DNA from: Candidatus Sericytochromatia bacterium
Lineage (GTDB): Bacteria > Cyanobacteriota > Sericytochromatia > S15B-MN24 > UBA4093
Assembly: GCA_036676985.1 (NCBI GenBank)
Contig: JAKFBU010000056.1
Span: 199,629-263,628, forward strand
Reading direction: 5' to 3'
Length of the DNA: 64,000 nt
The position numbers were made by a program, and so were the translations under genes. Under the pieces are notes generated by a model. That model ran no database searches. It was given only the letters and a program-made list of their open reading frames with translations, and was not told where the DNA came from. Positions 1 to 10,457 of the stretch are shown piece after piece. Numbering within the stretch: the stretch's first letter is position 1; every line of letters begins with the position of its first letter.

Positions 1-312
1 ATAGAGACAGGCGGCGAGGTACTTGCCCACCACGATGTCCACGTCGCGCACCGGCGCGGTCATGAGCAGTTCGACCGTGCCGCGCGAGCGCTCCTCGGCC
101 AAGAGACGCATGGTCAGGGCCGGCGTGATGAGCAGGAAGACCACCGCGAGGTTCTCGAAGAGCCCGCGCATGCTCGCCTCGCGCGAGCCGAAGAGGATGA
201 GCGAGAACAGGTAGCCGCTCACCAAGAGGAACAACGCGCCGACCACGTAGGCCAGCGGCGAAACGAAGTACGAGCGCAACTCGCGCCCGGCGATCGCCCA
301 GAGCTTACCCAT
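1..312 (-). CDS. ABC-2 type transporter permease (GldF-like), 3' end truncated by window edge
   Basis: Not in ORF track. Hand translation from ATG at 312 gives MGKLWAIAGRELRSYFVSPLAYVVGALFLLVSGYLF...TMRLLAEERSRGTVELLMTAPVRDVDIVVGKYLA, with the typical RE..SYF.SP and EE...GT.ELL.T.P motifs. Overlaps the stop of the upstream ATPase. Confidence 0.9.
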   Translation of the reverse strand, partial: MGKLWAIAGRELRSYFVSPLAYVVGALFLLVSGYLFSLILFGSREASMRGLFENLAVVFLLITPALTMRLLAEERSRGTVELLMTAPVRDVDIVVGKYLAACLY

Positions 313-1282
313 GGATGGCCATCTCCTCCTTTTGCTCGCTGGTCGCAGCGTCGGTGGTCGTCAGCTTGAGGAAGATCTCCTCCAGCGAGAGGCCGACCGA
401 CTTGAGCTCGACCAGACCCCAGCCCGCGCCGACGATCTCGGCGGCGACCCGCTCGCGCAGGTCGACGTCGCTGCCGGTGTCCAGCGTGACGGCGACGAGC
501 TCGCCGTCGCCCCGGGCCACCACGTCCAGCTTGTTGACGCCGTGCAGGGTGCCGAGCCGCTCGGTGACGGCATCCTGGGGACCGCGGACCTCGGCGAGGA
601 TCCGGCGGCTGCCGCGCAGCTGGCTCTCGAGCTCCTGGGGCGCGCCCTCGGCGACCACCTTGCCGCCGTTGATGATGAGCACGCGGCTGCAGGTGTTCTG
701 GACCTCGGGCAGGATGTGGGTGCTCAGGATGACCGTGTGGTCATTGGCGAAGCCCCGGATCAGCTGGCGGATCTGGATGATCTGCTTGGGGTCGAGGCCG
801 TTGGTCGGCTCGTCCAGGACGATGACGGGCGGGTTGTGGATCAGGGCCTGAGCCAGACCCACACGCTGCTGGAAGCCCTTGGAAAGGTGTCCGATGAGCT
901 TGTTCGGGACCTCGGTGAGCCAGCACTTCTCGAGGGCGATCGCGACCGCCTCCTTGACCTTGCGGCCCTCGACGCCGCGCAGGCGGGCGACGAAGGCGAG
1001 GTAGTCGGTGACGCTCATCTCGGGGTACAGCGGCGGATTCTCCGGCATGTATCCCATCAGCGACTTGGCCTTGAGCGAGTCGGTGGCCATGTCGTGCCCG
1101 CCAATGGTCACCTTGCCGCTCGAGGGCGTCAGGTAACCGGTGAGCATCTTCATCGTGGTCGATTTGCCGGCGCCGTTGGGTCCCAAGAAGCCCAGGATCT
1201 CGCCCTTTTGGACGTGAAACGAGACGTCTTGGACCACGAGGCGATCGGCGTACCGCTTGGTTAAGTTTTCGACGACGATCAT
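305..1282 (-). CDS. ABC transporter ATP-binding protein (GldA-like)
   Basis: Walker A GPNGAGKST, signature LSKGFQQR, Walker B IVLDEPT, H-loop STH. Start moved to MIVVENL, which has a GGAGGA SD at 1293-1298. Confidence 0.93.
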   Translation of the reverse strand: MIVVENLTKRYADRLVVQDVSFHVQKGEILGFLGPNGAGKSTTMKMLTGYLTPSSGKVTIGGHDMATDSLKAKSLMGYMPENPPLYPEMSVTDYLAFVARLRGVEGRKVKEAVAIALEKCWLTEVPNKLIGHLSKGFQQRVGLAQALIHNPPVIVLDEPTNGLDPKQIIQIRQLIRGFANDHTVILSTHILPEVQNTCSRVLIINGGKVVAEGAPQELESQLRGSRRILAEVRGPQDAVTERLGTLHGVNKLDVVARGDGELVAVTLDTGSDVDLRERVAAEIVGAGWGLVELKSVGLSLEEIFLKLTTTDAATSEQKEEMAIHG

Positions 1283-1616
1283 GTCGAAGCTGTCCTCCAT
1301 CGGTGCGTGATCGGCCGGGGCACCCCCTTGGGTGCACCAGATTGCGTTGGACCGTCTGTGCGGGGAAAAAGTCCCGCGACCTCTATGCCCACTGCATGGT
1401 AGGCGGCAAGCAAGTGCCACGAGGCGAAAGTTGCGTCATCCTACCATACCGGTCATAGCCCCGCCACGTCAGGAGCCCAACAGCGGCCACTGGCATTGGA
1501 CCTTAACCGCACCTTGAAAGTTCCCTTAAAAACCCTTGATCTTTTTGACCGATGCGCCGGGGCGCCGAGACGTTCTCTAGGCAAATCGGCGAGGGTGGCA
1601 CCCGGCCCCCGAAAGG

Positions 1617-1643
1617 CAAGCCCGCCGCTGGCGGGCCCGATAA
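1617..1643 (+). promoter_or_regulatory. Putative sigma-28 (FliA)-type promoter
   Basis: CAAG-N15-CCCGATAA versus consensus TAAA-N15-GCCGATAA, 46 nt upstream of the ATG at 1690. Confidence 0.5.
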
Positions 1644-1689
1644 TCCGGTAGGCCCGACCGGGCCCACGCATCGATTGAGAGGATCCCGC

Positions 1690-2040
1690 ATGCTGACGAT
1701 AAACGCCGCGGCTCAGCCCGTCTCCACGCCCCGTTCGGCCGCCCAGGCTCCCGGACCGTCCACCGTCTCCGCCTTCCGCGCGGACTCCCTGCAGCTCTCG
1801 CGTCGGACGCCGCCACCCGAGGTGCGTCCCACGTCCCTCGGTCCCGGCGCCAAGATCGCCCTGCTCGCCGCACCCGTCGTCGCGGGCGCGGGCATCGGCT
1901 TTGCCGTGGGCGGCCCCCTCGGGGCCCTCGCGGGCGCCGGCATCGGCGCCCTGGTCTCGGTGGTCGGACTCTGGTGGGCCATGACCGACAAGCCCTGGGG
2001 AAACAAGCCTGACGTTCCGCCCGACCCGCCCCAGCCCTAG
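1690..2040 (+). CDS. Small membrane protein with glycine-zipper hairpin and low-complexity N-terminus
   Basis: GAGAGG SD before ATG 1690; AGAGIGFAVGGPLGALAGAGIGALV glycine zipper; followed by a terminator hairpin. Confidence 0.7.
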   Translation: MLTINAAAQPVSTPRSAAQAPGPSTVSAFRADSLQLSRRTPPPEVRPTSLGPGAKIALLAAPVVAGAGIGFAVGGPLGALAGAGIGALVSVVGLWWAMTDKPWGNKPDVPPDPPQP

Positions 2041-2053
2041 GTCTCCAAACCAA

Positions 2054-2086
2054 ACGACCCGCCGGATCTTCGGTCCGGCGGGTCGT
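2054..2086. terminator. Bidirectional hairpin terminator
   Basis: ACGACCCGCCGGA-tcttcgg-TCCGGCGGGTCGT between convergent genes. Confidence 0.8.
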
Positions 2087-2097
2087 CGTCTTGGTCC

Positions 2098-3519
2098 CTA
2101 CAGGCTGGCGGGGAAGGTCGTCGTGAGCGCCTTGCGCACGTTCACGCGCCCGTAGCCGTATTTGGTGTCCTTGCCGGGTGCTCCCAGGTCGTCCGCGGTG
2201 GCGGCCAGGTGCGCCTTGACCGCGTCGTAGAAGGCGGCGTCTTTTCGCTGGTAGGTCGGGTCATTTCTGGCGATCACGAGCGCCGCCAGGCCCGAGACGT
2301 ACGGACAGGCCATGGAGGTCCCGCTCATGGTCGCATAGCCACCCTGATCCAGGGGGAAGGTGGACATGATGCTGCCGCCCGGGGCCGAAACGTCGATGCG
2401 ATCGCCCCGGTTGGAGTAGCCCGAGAGCCACTCCCAGATGCGATCGCCCAGCTGGTAGGGGCTCGTGGACGAGACGGCGACGCAGTACGCCGAGTTGGCG
2501 GGAGCGGCGACCTCGCCGCCCTCGTTGCCCGCGGCCACCACCACGAGCACCCCGCGCTTTCGCGCCTCGGTGAAGGCGTGGTCGTAGAGGGGGCTGCGCC
2601 CATGGTAGGCGTAACCCAGGCTCATGCTGATGACCCGGGTGCGCAGATCCTCCTGGCCTGCGGGCAGCTCGGCGCGGTAGCCGTCGTCGTCCTGTCCGTC
2701 GTCGTCCGCGTCCAAGCCGAGCGCGTAGCTGAAGGCCCTCAGGATGTCGAAGTCCGTGCCGCCCTCTTCGCCGAGGACCTTGAGGGGCATCAGCTTGACG
2801 TCCCAGGCCACGCCCGCGACGCCCATGTCGTTGTGGCCGGTCGCCCCGATGATCCCCGCCACGTGCGTGCCGTGACCGTCCATGTCGGGCGCCCCGGTGA
2901 GGTACGGAACCTCCTCGCTGGGCGTGGCCGTGAAGTCGCGGGGCAACACGACCCGCCCGGCGAACTCCGGGTGGGTCACGTCGAGCCCGGTGTCCAGGAC
3001 GGCCACGATGAGCTTGCTCGCATCGACGACCCGCGCGGGATCCGTGCTCTTCCAGAGATCGAGGGCCTCGGTCTGGCGATGGGACCACTGCCGGTCGACG
3101 TAAACATCGTCGGGGGCGACGTAGCTCGTAGACTTGCGGTGCTTCCAGTTGAGCGAGATCGTCCCGACACCCTTGCGGACCCGGAGGGTCTCGTAGGCCC
3201 CCGAAAGGCCCATGCCCTGAGGCAGCTTCACCCGGACGATCCGGCTCCCCAGGGCGAGCTGGCCCGTCCGCTCGAAGCCCGCCAGGACCTGATCCCGGTC
3301 GGCCTCGTCCGAAAGCTGGATCAACAGCTCATTCGGCCGGTAGCTGCCGGCCGGCACGGTCGCTCCGCCCGTGAGGGACGCGGGCACGGCCTGCTCGGCG
3401 GCGGGTTGGTTCGTCACGCTGATGCCGAAACCGGTCGGGGTGCCGGCGGGCACCTGCTGACAGCCCATGGCCAGTCCCAGCGCGAGGGCTCCCGTGATCA
3501 TCGAAAGTCGGCGGTTCAT
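2098..3519 (-). CDS. S8 family (subtilisin-like) serine peptidase, lipoprotein
   Basis: Catalytic motifs VAVLDTG, GHGTHVAG, SGTSMACP; oxyanion AAGN; lipobox LAMGC; pro-domain. Confidence 0.93.
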   Translation of the reverse strand: MNRRLSMITGALALGLAMGCQQVPAGTPTGFGISVTNQPAAEQAVPASLTGGATVPAGSYRPNELLIQLSDEADRDQVLAGFERTGQLALGSRIVRVKLPQGMGLSGAYETLRVRKGVGTISLNWKHRKSTSYVAPDDVYVDRQWSHRQTEALDLWKSTDPARVVDASKLIVAVLDTGLDVTHPEFAGRVVLPRDFTATPSEEVPYLTGAPDMDGHGTHVAGIIGATGHNDMGVAGVAWDVKLMPLKVLGEEGGTDFDILRAFSYALGLDADDDGQDDDGYRAELPAGQEDLRTRVISMSLGYAYHGRSPLYDHAFTEARKRGVLVVVAAGNEGGEVAAPANSAYCVAVSSTSPYQLGDRIWEWLSGYSNRGDRIDVSAPGGSIMSTFPLDQGGYATMSGTSMACPYVSGLAALVIARNDPTYQRKDAAFYDAVKAHLAATADDLGAPGKDTKYGYGRVNVRKALTTTFPASL

Positions 3520-3528
3520 CACGTCCTC

Positions 3529-4677
3529 CTAAGGCCGGAACACGTCCATGGACCGCAGCTGGCGGTTCTGGGCGTCGTAGCCCCCCATGGCGTAAAGTCG
3601 CTCCCCGAGGGCCGAGAGCGCCAGGTGGACGCGTGGCAAGGGCATGGGCGCCTTGAGCGTCCATGCGTTGGTCGCGGGATCGTACTCCTCGACCGAGTCC
3701 AGGACCTTGCCGGTGCTGTCCACGCCGCCCGCGACATACCACTTGCCGTTCAGGACGGCCGAGCCGAAGGAGTGGCGCGGGACGTTGAGGGAAGCGAGCG
3801 GGGTCCCGCCGGGCGTCGCCGTGCCCCACTCTCCGGCGGAGTAGCAGACCATGCTGGAGGTCGCGATGGCCGTACCGCTGGTCGGCAGGACACTGTAACC
3901 GCCCACCGCATAGATCCGCTGGTCGAGGACGGCCGCCCCGAGTCCCGCCCGCGGACTGGGCAGGTCCGGCTTGAGGTAGAGCTCCTCGCTCAGGGTGGAG
4001 AAGGCGTAGACATCCGCGGCAGGGACCGGATCGCCGCCCCCCGGCGGCGCCATCAGGCCGCCGACGAGGTAGAGGACGCCGTTCAGGTTCACCGCGCCGT
4101 TCGCCATCCGGGCGAACTTGGCATCCTGGTAGTAGGGGGACCATAGGTCCAGCCACGTGGCGGCTTCGGGATCGTAGATGTCCAGCAAGGGCTGGAGGCG
4201 GTTCGAGGTCCCGCCCACGTAGAAGAGTCGACCGCTCGCCACGATGGCGGAGCCGAAGTAGCGGGTCCGGTTCGGGGCGTAGGACCCGTACTCGGGGCTT
4301 GCCGTCGTGCCGAGGGGCTGGAGCTGCCAGTCATCCGTTTGCGGGTCGTAGAGCTCCATGGTCGCTTCTCCGTCACCCCCGATGACGTAGAGGCGGCCGT
4401 TCAAGGCGCCGGCCGAAAGGCCCACCCGCTCGTGTGCCATGGGGCTGCCGACCGTCCAGGAGTTGGCGGGCATGCCCGCGTGAGCCACGTTGAGCGCCAT
4501 CAAGTTCGCCGCAGCGGGGGTGGTACTGCCCGTTGCGGCCGCGCTGCCCGTTGCGACCGAGCTGCCCGGCGCGGGCGTTGCGCCCGTGGCCCCCGGAAGG
4601 TTCGCGATGCCCGGACAGCCGGCCAAGAGGCCGACACTTGCGACGAGGGCGCCCCGGAAGAGGTGTGAATGCTTCAT
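3529..4677 (-). CDS. Kelch-repeat beta-propeller lipoprotein
   Basis: Lipobox LLAGC; repeated R...G.LYxxGG...YDP...W Kelch units. Confidence 0.9.
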   Translation of the reverse strand: MKHSHLFRGALVASVGLLAGCPGIANLPGATGATPAPGSSVATGSAAATGSTTPAAANLMALNVAHAGMPANSWTVGSPMAHERVGLSAGALNGRLYVIGGDGEATMELYDPQTDDWQLQPLGTTASPEYGSYAPNRTRYFGSAIVASGRLFYVGGTSNRLQPLLDIYDPEAATWLDLWSPYYQDAKFARMANGAVNLNGVLYLVGGLMAPPGGGDPVPAADVYAFSTLSEELYLKPDLPSPRAGLGAAVLDQRIYAVGGYSVLPTSGTAIATSSMVCYSAGEWGTATPGGTPLASLNVPRHSFGSAVLNGKWYVAGGVDSTGKVLDSVEEYDPATNAWTLKAPMPLPRVHLALSALGERLYAMGGYDAQNRQLRSMDVFRP

Positions 4678-4689
4678 GGCCGCGACCTC

Positions 4690-6441
4690 CTAAAACGCCA
4701 GCGTCTCGACGGACGCGCGCAGGGACACGTCGTCGTAGGCGAAGTAGCCGTCATTGCCGCCGGCGATGACGAGCTTGCCGTTCAGCTCGCCGACGGCCGC
4801 GTGGCCGCGGGCCTCCTTCAGCATGGGCCGCACGCTCCAGGTGTCGGTGGCGACGTCGTAGACCTCGACATTGGCGAGCGCCTGCCCGGAGGCATTGATG
4901 CCACCCATGACGTAGACCTTGCCGTCCTTGACCCACGAGAAGGCGCCGTGACGGGCGGTGGGCATGGGCGCGAGCTCCCGCATGGTCGCCTTCACCGGAT
5001 CGTAAACCTCTACTCGGTGCATGAGCGTGTCGTCGCCGTGGGCCCCGCCGAAGACGTAGAGCTTGCCGCCGACCGCCGCCACGGTGGTGCCGTAGCGGGC
5101 GAAGCGCAGTTGCGGCTCAGCCTCATCCGCGCCGAACTCCTGCCACTCGGTGGCGCTGCCGTCGAGGGGGAGCTTGTAGATGGACCAGTCGGCGACCGAG
5201 CCGGCCATGCCGGAGGTCATGTAGAGGCTGTCGCCGATGCAGGCCGCCGCTCCCACGTAGGTCCGGTACTTGATCTCGGGCAGGTTGGTGGACCAGGTGC
5301 CGGTGGTCGCGTCGTAGACCTGTACCAGCTTCGACGCCCCCAGGGGTGCGAAGCCGCCCATGACGTAGAGCTTGTTGCCGTTGACGGTGTAGGCCGAATG
5401 CGAGACGGGCGTGGGCATGGCCGACCTGGTGGCCCAGGTCGTGCCGTCGAAGACGAGCACGCTGTCGGTGGAGGCATTGGATCCGACGTTCGGCAGCGAG
5501 CCGCCGGCCACCATCAGGACGCGCTTGCCGTCCACCGTGAGGACGCCCGAGGCCGCGCCGCCGCGCGGCTGCGGAAGCGACTGGGCCAAGACCTGAGCCG
5601 TGGAAAAGTTCAGCTCGACCTGCTGGTTGGATGCGAGATCGACGCTGATGGGGCCCACCCGAAGGCTGCCCGCTCTCCCGTAGAGCTGCCAGGTGCCCGG
5701 CTTGACGGGCTGTACGTTCAAGGTCCCGTTGCCGAGGCCCGACTGCTTGGGCGAGACGGGGTCGTTGACCCAGACGCTCGCCTGGAGGTTCTCGGGCAGG
5801 CCCGAGACCTTGACCGTCAAGGCCGTCGGACTTTGGACCAGGGCCGTGGTCGTGACGTCCAGCTGAGAGAGCTGGCCTCCGTTCTGAAGGAGGCGCTCGG
5901 CGATCGCCGCCCCGTCGATCAGGCCGAAGTGCGGCACCCGCTGCGCCTGCTTGATCGCGTCGATCGTGCGCTGGACCTGGAAGGCGTCGAGCGTCCTCGC
6001 GAGGTCCGATCCGGCCTGCTGCAAGGCCTCGAAGACATCCCCACCGACGCTCGAGGCGAGCGACACGACGGCCAGATTCGAGCCCTCGCCCAGCGTGAGC
6101 GCTGTCCGGAGGCGCCCGCCCGGGATGGGCTGGCCGGCCTCGTCCAGTGTCTCGAGGGTAACGACGCGGTTGGGCCCCATGGGCACGCCCGAGAGGGTGA
6201 TCGACGTCGTCTCGCCGCTAATGGGGGCGACCTGGACCAGGGGGGACGCCATGCCGGGTCCGGTGACCGACACCCGCGCCGTGGCGCCGGGCATCAGATA
6301 CTGAAGCTGACGCTGGCTCGGGTACAGCCCGGCCATCGAGAGCTGCAAGGTCGTGGTCTTGAGGGTGGCGGGAGCGGGCGCGAGGGCGCAACCGGCCACC
6401 ACGAGGCCGGCAGCGAGGAACACCTTGAGGAACTGCGGCAT
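4690..6441 (-). CDS. Lipoprotein with N-terminal beta-sandwich-like region and C-terminal Kelch propeller
   Basis: Start MPQFLKVF with GGAG SD; lipobox VVAGC; about six Kelch repeats (KLYVMGG, KLYVFGG, KVYVMGG, KLVIAGG). Confidence 0.88.
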   Translation of the reverse strand: MPQFLKVFLAAGLVVAGCALAPAPATLKTTTLQLSMAGLYPSQRQLQYLMPGATARVSVTGPGMASPLVQVAPISGETTSITLSGVPMGPNRVVTLETLDEAGQPIPGGRLRTALTLGEGSNLAVVSLASSVGGDVFEALQQAGSDLARTLDAFQVQRTIDAIKQAQRVPHFGLIDGAAIAERLLQNGGQLSQLDVTTTALVQSPTALTVKVSGLPENLQASVWVNDPVSPKQSGLGNGTLNVQPVKPGTWQLYGRAGSLRVGPISVDLASNQQVELNFSTAQVLAQSLPQPRGGAASGVLTVDGKRVLMVAGGSLPNVGSNASTDSVLVFDGTTWATRSAMPTPVSHSAYTVNGNKLYVMGGFAPLGASKLVQVYDATTGTWSTNLPEIKYRTYVGAAACIGDSLYMTSGMAGSVADWSIYKLPLDGSATEWQEFGADEAEPQLRFARYGTTVAAVGGKLYVFGGAHGDDTLMHRVEVYDPVKATMRELAPMPTARHGAFSWVKDGKVYVMGGINASGQALANVEVYDVATDTWSVRPMLKEARGHAAVGELNGKLVIAGGNDGYFAYDDVSLRASVETLAF

Positions 6442-6537
6442 TGGCACGTCTCCGCTGAAGCGCATGCGAGCGAGGGCTATATCATCATATCCCATGCTTG
6501 TCATTTCTTCACAAAACTCCGGGTCAGCATGCCAGAA

Positions 6538-6573
6538 CGCAACGCGCCAGCCCAAGCGGGCTGGCGCGTTGCG
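6538..6573 (-). terminator. Hairpin terminator after the kce-kdd-carboxylase operon
   Basis: CGCAACGCGCCAGCCC-aagc-GGGCTGGCGCGTTGCG, a perfect 16-bp stem 15 nt past the stop at 6588. Confidence 0.75.
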
Positions 6574-6587
6574 ACGTGATGAAAGAG

Positions 6588-6770
6588 CTAGAGGCCGTAC
6601 CTGGAAGGCAACAGGTCGGGGGCCGAGACCCCCACGGTGGTGCCGACGAGCTCGTTGCGAGCCGCCCAGCCCCAGGGGTGCAGGGGCTCTGCAACCTTGA
6701 CCTGCACCTCGGCCTCCAGGTAGACCGACAGGGCGGCGGCGATGGCCGCGACTTGTTTCTCGGTGGCCAT
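6588..6770 (-). CDS. Small acyl-CoA carboxylase epsilon-like subunit (60 aa)
   Basis: MATEKQVAAIAAALSVYL...HPWGWAARNE starts 2 nt after the carboxyltransferase stop; AAIxAA...W...R pattern of epsilon/delta subunits. It is the C-terminal tail of track ORF 6588..7610. Confidence 0.72.
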   Translation of the reverse strand: MATEKQVAAIAAALSVYLEAEVQVKVAEPLHPWGWAARNELVGTTVGVSAPDLLPSRYGL

Positions 6771-6772
6771 GG

Positions 6773-8341
6773 CTACAGCGGGATGTTGCCGTGCTTGCGG
6801 CGCGGGCGCTCGACGCGCTTGTTGCGCAGCATCTGCAGGGCGTCGATGAGGCGGGGCCGGGTCTCGGCCGGGTCGATCACGTCGTCGAGGAAGCCGCGCT
6901 CGGCCGCCACGTAGGGGTTGGCGAAGCGCTGGCGGTACTCGGTGATGAGCTCGTCGCGACGGCTCGGGTCCGCCGCGAGCTCCCGGCGGTACAGGAGGTT
7001 GATGGCCCCCTCGGCGCCCATGACCGCGATTTCGGCCGAGGGCCAGGCGAAGTTGACGTCCGTGCGCACGTGCTTGGAGCCGAGCACGTCGTAGGCCCCA
7101 CCGTAAGCCTTGCGGGTGATGACCGTGAGCTTGGGGACCGTCGCCTCGCAGTAGGCGTAGAGGAGCTTGGCCCCGTGACGGATGATGCCGCCGTACTCCT
7201 GGTTCTTGCCGGGGAAGTAGCCGGGCACGTCCTCGAAGGTGACGATGGGGATGTTGAAGGCGTCGCAGAAGCGCACGAAGCGCGCGCCCTTGACCGAGGC
7301 GTTGATGTCGAGCGTGCCCGCCATCTGGCTCGGCTGGTTCGCCACGATGCCCACCGTCTGCCCGCCCAGGCGCGCGAAGGTGGTGATGAGGTTGGGGGCG
7401 AAGTGCGGCTGGATCTCGAACAGCTCGCCGTCGTCGACCACCAGGCCGATAAGCTCCTTCATGTCGTAGGGCTTGTTGGGGGCGTCCGGGATGATGTCGC
7501 GCAGGCGCTGCTCGGTGCGGTTGGCCGGGTCCGCCGTCGGGTGGATGGGCGCCTCCTCCAGGTTGTTGGAGGGCAGGAACGAGAGCAGGTACCGGATGTG
7601 CTCCAGGCACTCATCCTCGTTCGGGTACATGAGGTGCGCCACGCCCGAGGTACGGTTGTGGACGCCCGCGCCGCCCAGGTCCTCCTGCGTGATCTCCTCG
7701 CCAGTCACCGTCTTCACGATGTCCGGACCCGTGATGAACATGTAGCTGGTGTCCTGGACCATGGCGATGAAGTCCGTCATGGCGGGCGAGTAGACGGCCC
7801 CGCCCGCGCACGGGCCCATGATGACCGAGATCTGCGGAATGACGCCCGAGGCCTGGACGTTGCGGTAGAAGATTTCCGCGTAGCCCGCCAGGCTCTCGAC
7901 GCCCTCCTGGATGCGGGCGCCGCCCGAGTCGTTGAGGCCGATGACCGGAGCCCCCGTCTTGAGGGCCAGGTCCATGATCTTGCAGATCTTCTCGGCGTAG
8001 ACCTCGCCCAGGCTGCCGCCCCAGACCGTGAAGTCCTGGCTGAAGACGTAGACGAGACGGCCGTCGATCTTGCCGTAGCCCGTCACGACGCCGTCGCCGG
8101 GGACCTTCTTCTCCTCCATGCCGAAGTTGTAGCAGCGGTGGGTCCGAAAGCGGTCCGTCTCGACGAAGGTGCCCGGATCCAGGAGCAGCTCGAGGCGCTC
8201 GCGCGCCGTCAGCTTGCCGCGCTCATGCTGCTTCTCGACGGCAGCGGGACCGCCGCCCTGCCGGGAAGCCTCCTGGCGCTCCTTGAGCTCCTCGAGCTTC
8301 TGGTCCATGGTCGGGTCGGTCGGCCTGGTCAGTTCCTTCAC
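6773..8341 (-). CDS. pccB: Acyl-CoA (propionyl/methylmalonyl-CoA type) carboxylase, carboxyltransferase beta subunit
   Basis: [38 protein letters not shown] and C-terminal KHGNIPL motifs. Confidence 0.92.
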   Translation of the reverse strand: MKELTRPTDPTMDQKLEELKERQEASRQGGGPAAVEKQHERGKLTARERLELLLDPGTFVETDRFRTHRCYNFGMEEKKVPGDGVVTGYGKIDGRLVYVFSQDFTVWGGSLGEVYAEKICKIMDLALKTGAPVIGLNDSGGARIQEGVESLAGYAEIFYRNVQASGVIPQISVIMGPCAGGAVYSPAMTDFIAMVQDTSYMFITGPDIVKTVTGEEITQEDLGGAGVHNRTSGVAHLMYPNEDECLEHIRYLLSFLPSNNLEEAPIHPTADPANRTEQRLRDIIPDAPNKPYDMKELIGLVVDDGELFEIQPHFAPNLITTFARLGGQTVGIVANQPSQMAGTLDINASVKGARFVRFCDAFNIPIVTFEDVPGYFPGKNQEYGGIIRHGAKLLYAYCEATVPKLTVITRKAYGGAYDVLGSKHVRTDVNFAWPSAEIAVMGAEGAINLLYRRELAADPSRRDELITEYRQRFANPYVAAERGFLDDVIDPAETRPRLIDALQMLRNKRVERPRRKHGNIPL

Positions 8342-8387
8342 TTCTCCGTCCTTCTGGGCCCTCGTCGCAAAGGGCCGAATCGTCTCG

Positions 8388-9428
8388 CTAGCCCCGCGAA
8401 ACCTGCTCGATCATCTCGCGCAGGGCCGGGTTCTTCCGCACCAGATCGATGGCCATATCGGCATGCCCCTCTGCATAGCCGTTGCCCACCAGGAGCTCGA
8501 CGTCCTGGCCCACGCTCTCGGCCCCGAGGGCCGCGGCCTGGAACGAGGTCGCCATGCTGAAGAAGTAGACCTGGCCGTGGTTGCGGCAGGCGAGGATGCT
8601 CGCCATCTCGGTGTTGGGGATGTTGACGCAGTTGATGACGAGGTCGGCGTACTTGCCGTCCGTCAGCTCGCCCACCTGCTCGTAGGTCCCCACCGGGTCG
8701 AGGGCGTTGCCCAAGACGACCTCGACGGCCTGCGGCATGGTCTTAAGGAAGTCGGCCTGCTCCTGGGTCGGCACGACGCCGATGACCTGGCCCTCGGGAC
8801 CCACCTGGCTGGCGGCCACCCACGAGCAGAGGAGGCCGCTCTTGCCAGCAGCGCCCAGGATCACGACCCGCATGCCCGGCTTGACCAGGCGTGCGGTCTG
8901 GGCCGGTGCGCCGCAGACGTCCAGCACGGACATGGCGAGCTTCTCAGGCAGGTCCGTCGGGATCCGGGCGTAGAGGCTGCGCTCGAAGAGGAACGCACGG
9001 CCCGTGACGCGCACCTGGTGAGCGCTCCAGTCGATGCTGCCCACCTCGTCCAGGTGCAGGGGCGTGGTCGTGAGCGAGACCAGGGTGACGATGCGATCGC
9101 CGACCGAAAGGTCCGTGCGCTCCGAGCCCACGGCCGCCACGCGGCCGATGAGCACGCCGCCCGAGCCCGTGACGGGGTTATGCATCTTGCCGCGCTCGGA
9201 GATGATGGCCATGAGGCGATCGCGCATCTTGGCGTCGTCGCGGCCCACCTCCTGGGCGAGCTGGGTGAAGGAGGCCGAGTCCACGTTGAGGGCCTCGACG
9301 TCGATCTGGACCTCGGTCTCCCGCACGGGCAGGGACACGTCCAGGCGCTCGGCGGCGTAGGGCAGCGCACCCGCGGGGCGGATCACGCGGTGGGTGCCGA
9401 AGGGGTTGGTCTTGAGAGTAGTGGTCAT
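8388..9428 (-). CDS. kdd: L-erythro-3,5-diaminohexanoate dehydrogenase
   Basis: [56 protein letters not shown]; ATGA overlap with the kce stop. Confidence 0.93.
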   Translation of the reverse strand: MTTTLKTNPFGTHRVIRPAGALPYAAERLDVSLPVRETEVQIDVEALNVDSASFTQLAQEVGRDDAKMRDRLMAIISERGKMHNPVTGSGGVLIGRVAAVGSERTDLSVGDRIVTLVSLTTTPLHLDEVGSIDWSAHQVRVTGRAFLFERSLYARIPTDLPEKLAMSVLDVCGAPAQTARLVKPGMRVVILGAAGKSGLLCSWVAASQVGPEGQVIGVVPTQEQADFLKTMPQAVEVVLGNALDPVGTYEQVGELTDGKYADLVINCVNIPNTEMASILACRNHGQVYFFSMATSFQAAALGAESVGQDVELLVGNGYAEGHADMAIDLVRKNPALREMIEQVSRG

Positions 9429-10264
9429 GCACGGCTCCTGATGGGCATGTTGAGCAGCTCGCGGGCCTGGTCGGGGGTCGCCACCGGGCGGTTCAGCTCC
9501 GCGGCGATGCGCGCCATGCGCGCGACCAGCTGGGCGTTGGACTCGGCGAGCTCGCCCTTGCGGTAGTAGAGGTTGTCCTCGAAGCCTACGCGCACGTGGC
9601 CGCCCATGGCCATGCCGATGGTCCCGAGGGTGAGTTCGGAGGCGCCGATGCCCGCGACCGTCCAAGTGGCGTCGGGGGGCAGGAGCTCGATCATGTGCAT
9701 CAGGGCCTTGGGGGTGCCGGGCGAGGCGCCGGGCACGCCGAGCACGAAGTCGAAGTGTAGCGGGCCCTTCAGGATCCCCTTCTTGAGGAGCCTAAGGGCG
9801 CTGTGGATCATGCCGGGCTCGAAGATCTCGAGCTCGGGCTTGATGCCGCGCTGGGTGAACTCGGTGGCGAAGGTCTCGATGAGGCTCGGGGGGTTCCAGA
9901 AGACCTCGTCGCCGAAGTTGACGGTGCCCATGGTGAGGGACGCCATCTCGGGCGGGGTCTTGAGCTCGCGCACGGGGCGGAGGCGGTCGTCGACCGTCGC
10001 CGTGACCGCACCGCCGGTCGAGATCTGGATGATCGGATCGACCTCGGCCTGGATGAGGCGGATCACCTCCGCGAAGATCGCGGGGTCCTGGCTCGGCGTG
10101 CCGTCCGTCTCGCGGACGTGCAGGTGCACGATGGCGGCACCCGCCTTCACAGCGCCGATGGCCTCGCGGGCGATCTCGGCGGGGGAATAAGGGAAACTGG
10201 GGTGCTGGTCGCGGGTGACCTCGGCACCGACCGGACAACAGGTCAGAATGACGGGAGTGGCCAT
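9425..10264 (-). CDS. kce: 3-keto-5-aminohexanoate cleavage enzyme (BKACE/DUF849)
   Basis: GAE, VHLHVR, STGG, ASLTMGTVNFG and HVRVGFEDN motifs; adjacent to kdd. Confidence 0.93.
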   Translation of the reverse strand: MATPVILTCCPVGAEVTRDQHPSFPYSPAEIAREAIGAVKAGAAIVHLHVRETDGTPSQDPAIFAEVIRLIQAEVDPIIQISTGGAVTATVDDRLRPVRELKTPPEMASLTMGTVNFGDEVFWNPPSLIETFATEFTQRGIKPELEIFEPGMIHSALRLLKKGILKGPLHFDFVLGVPGASPGTPKALMHMIELLPPDATWTVAGIGASELTLGTIGMAMGGHVRVGFEDNLYYRKGELAESNAQLVARMARIAAELNRPVATPDQARELLNMPIRSRA

Positions 10265-10358
10265 AGAAATAGCTCCTTTGCTTCAACCATTCTGCCGGAT
10301 TCGCCCCGTCGCGTCCAGGGAGGGCCGGGATTGGCGCCAGGGCGATGATGATTAGGAT

Positions 10359-10390
10359 GAGCCAACATTAGAAAGCTCTAATGTTGGCTC
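10359..10390. promoter_or_regulatory. Perfect 14-bp inverted repeat in the divergent kce/pilin promoter region
   Basis: GAGCCAACATTAGA-aagc-TCTAATGTTGGCTC; AT-rich and between divergent genes, so a terminator role is unlikely. Confidence 0.6.
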
Positions 10391-10457
10391 GTTAGAGGTT
10401 TTTCAAGATCCCAAGGGTATGATCGCCTGGTATATGCCGAGACACCAGGAGCTCTAC

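Noticed and set aside
1575-1670. GGCAAA...GAAA stem-rich leader resembling a c-di-GMP-I riboswitch
   Set aside because: Lacks the GNRA/receptor arrangement and the GCAAAGC-type P2 start; better explained as a promoter region. An Rfam scan would settle it.
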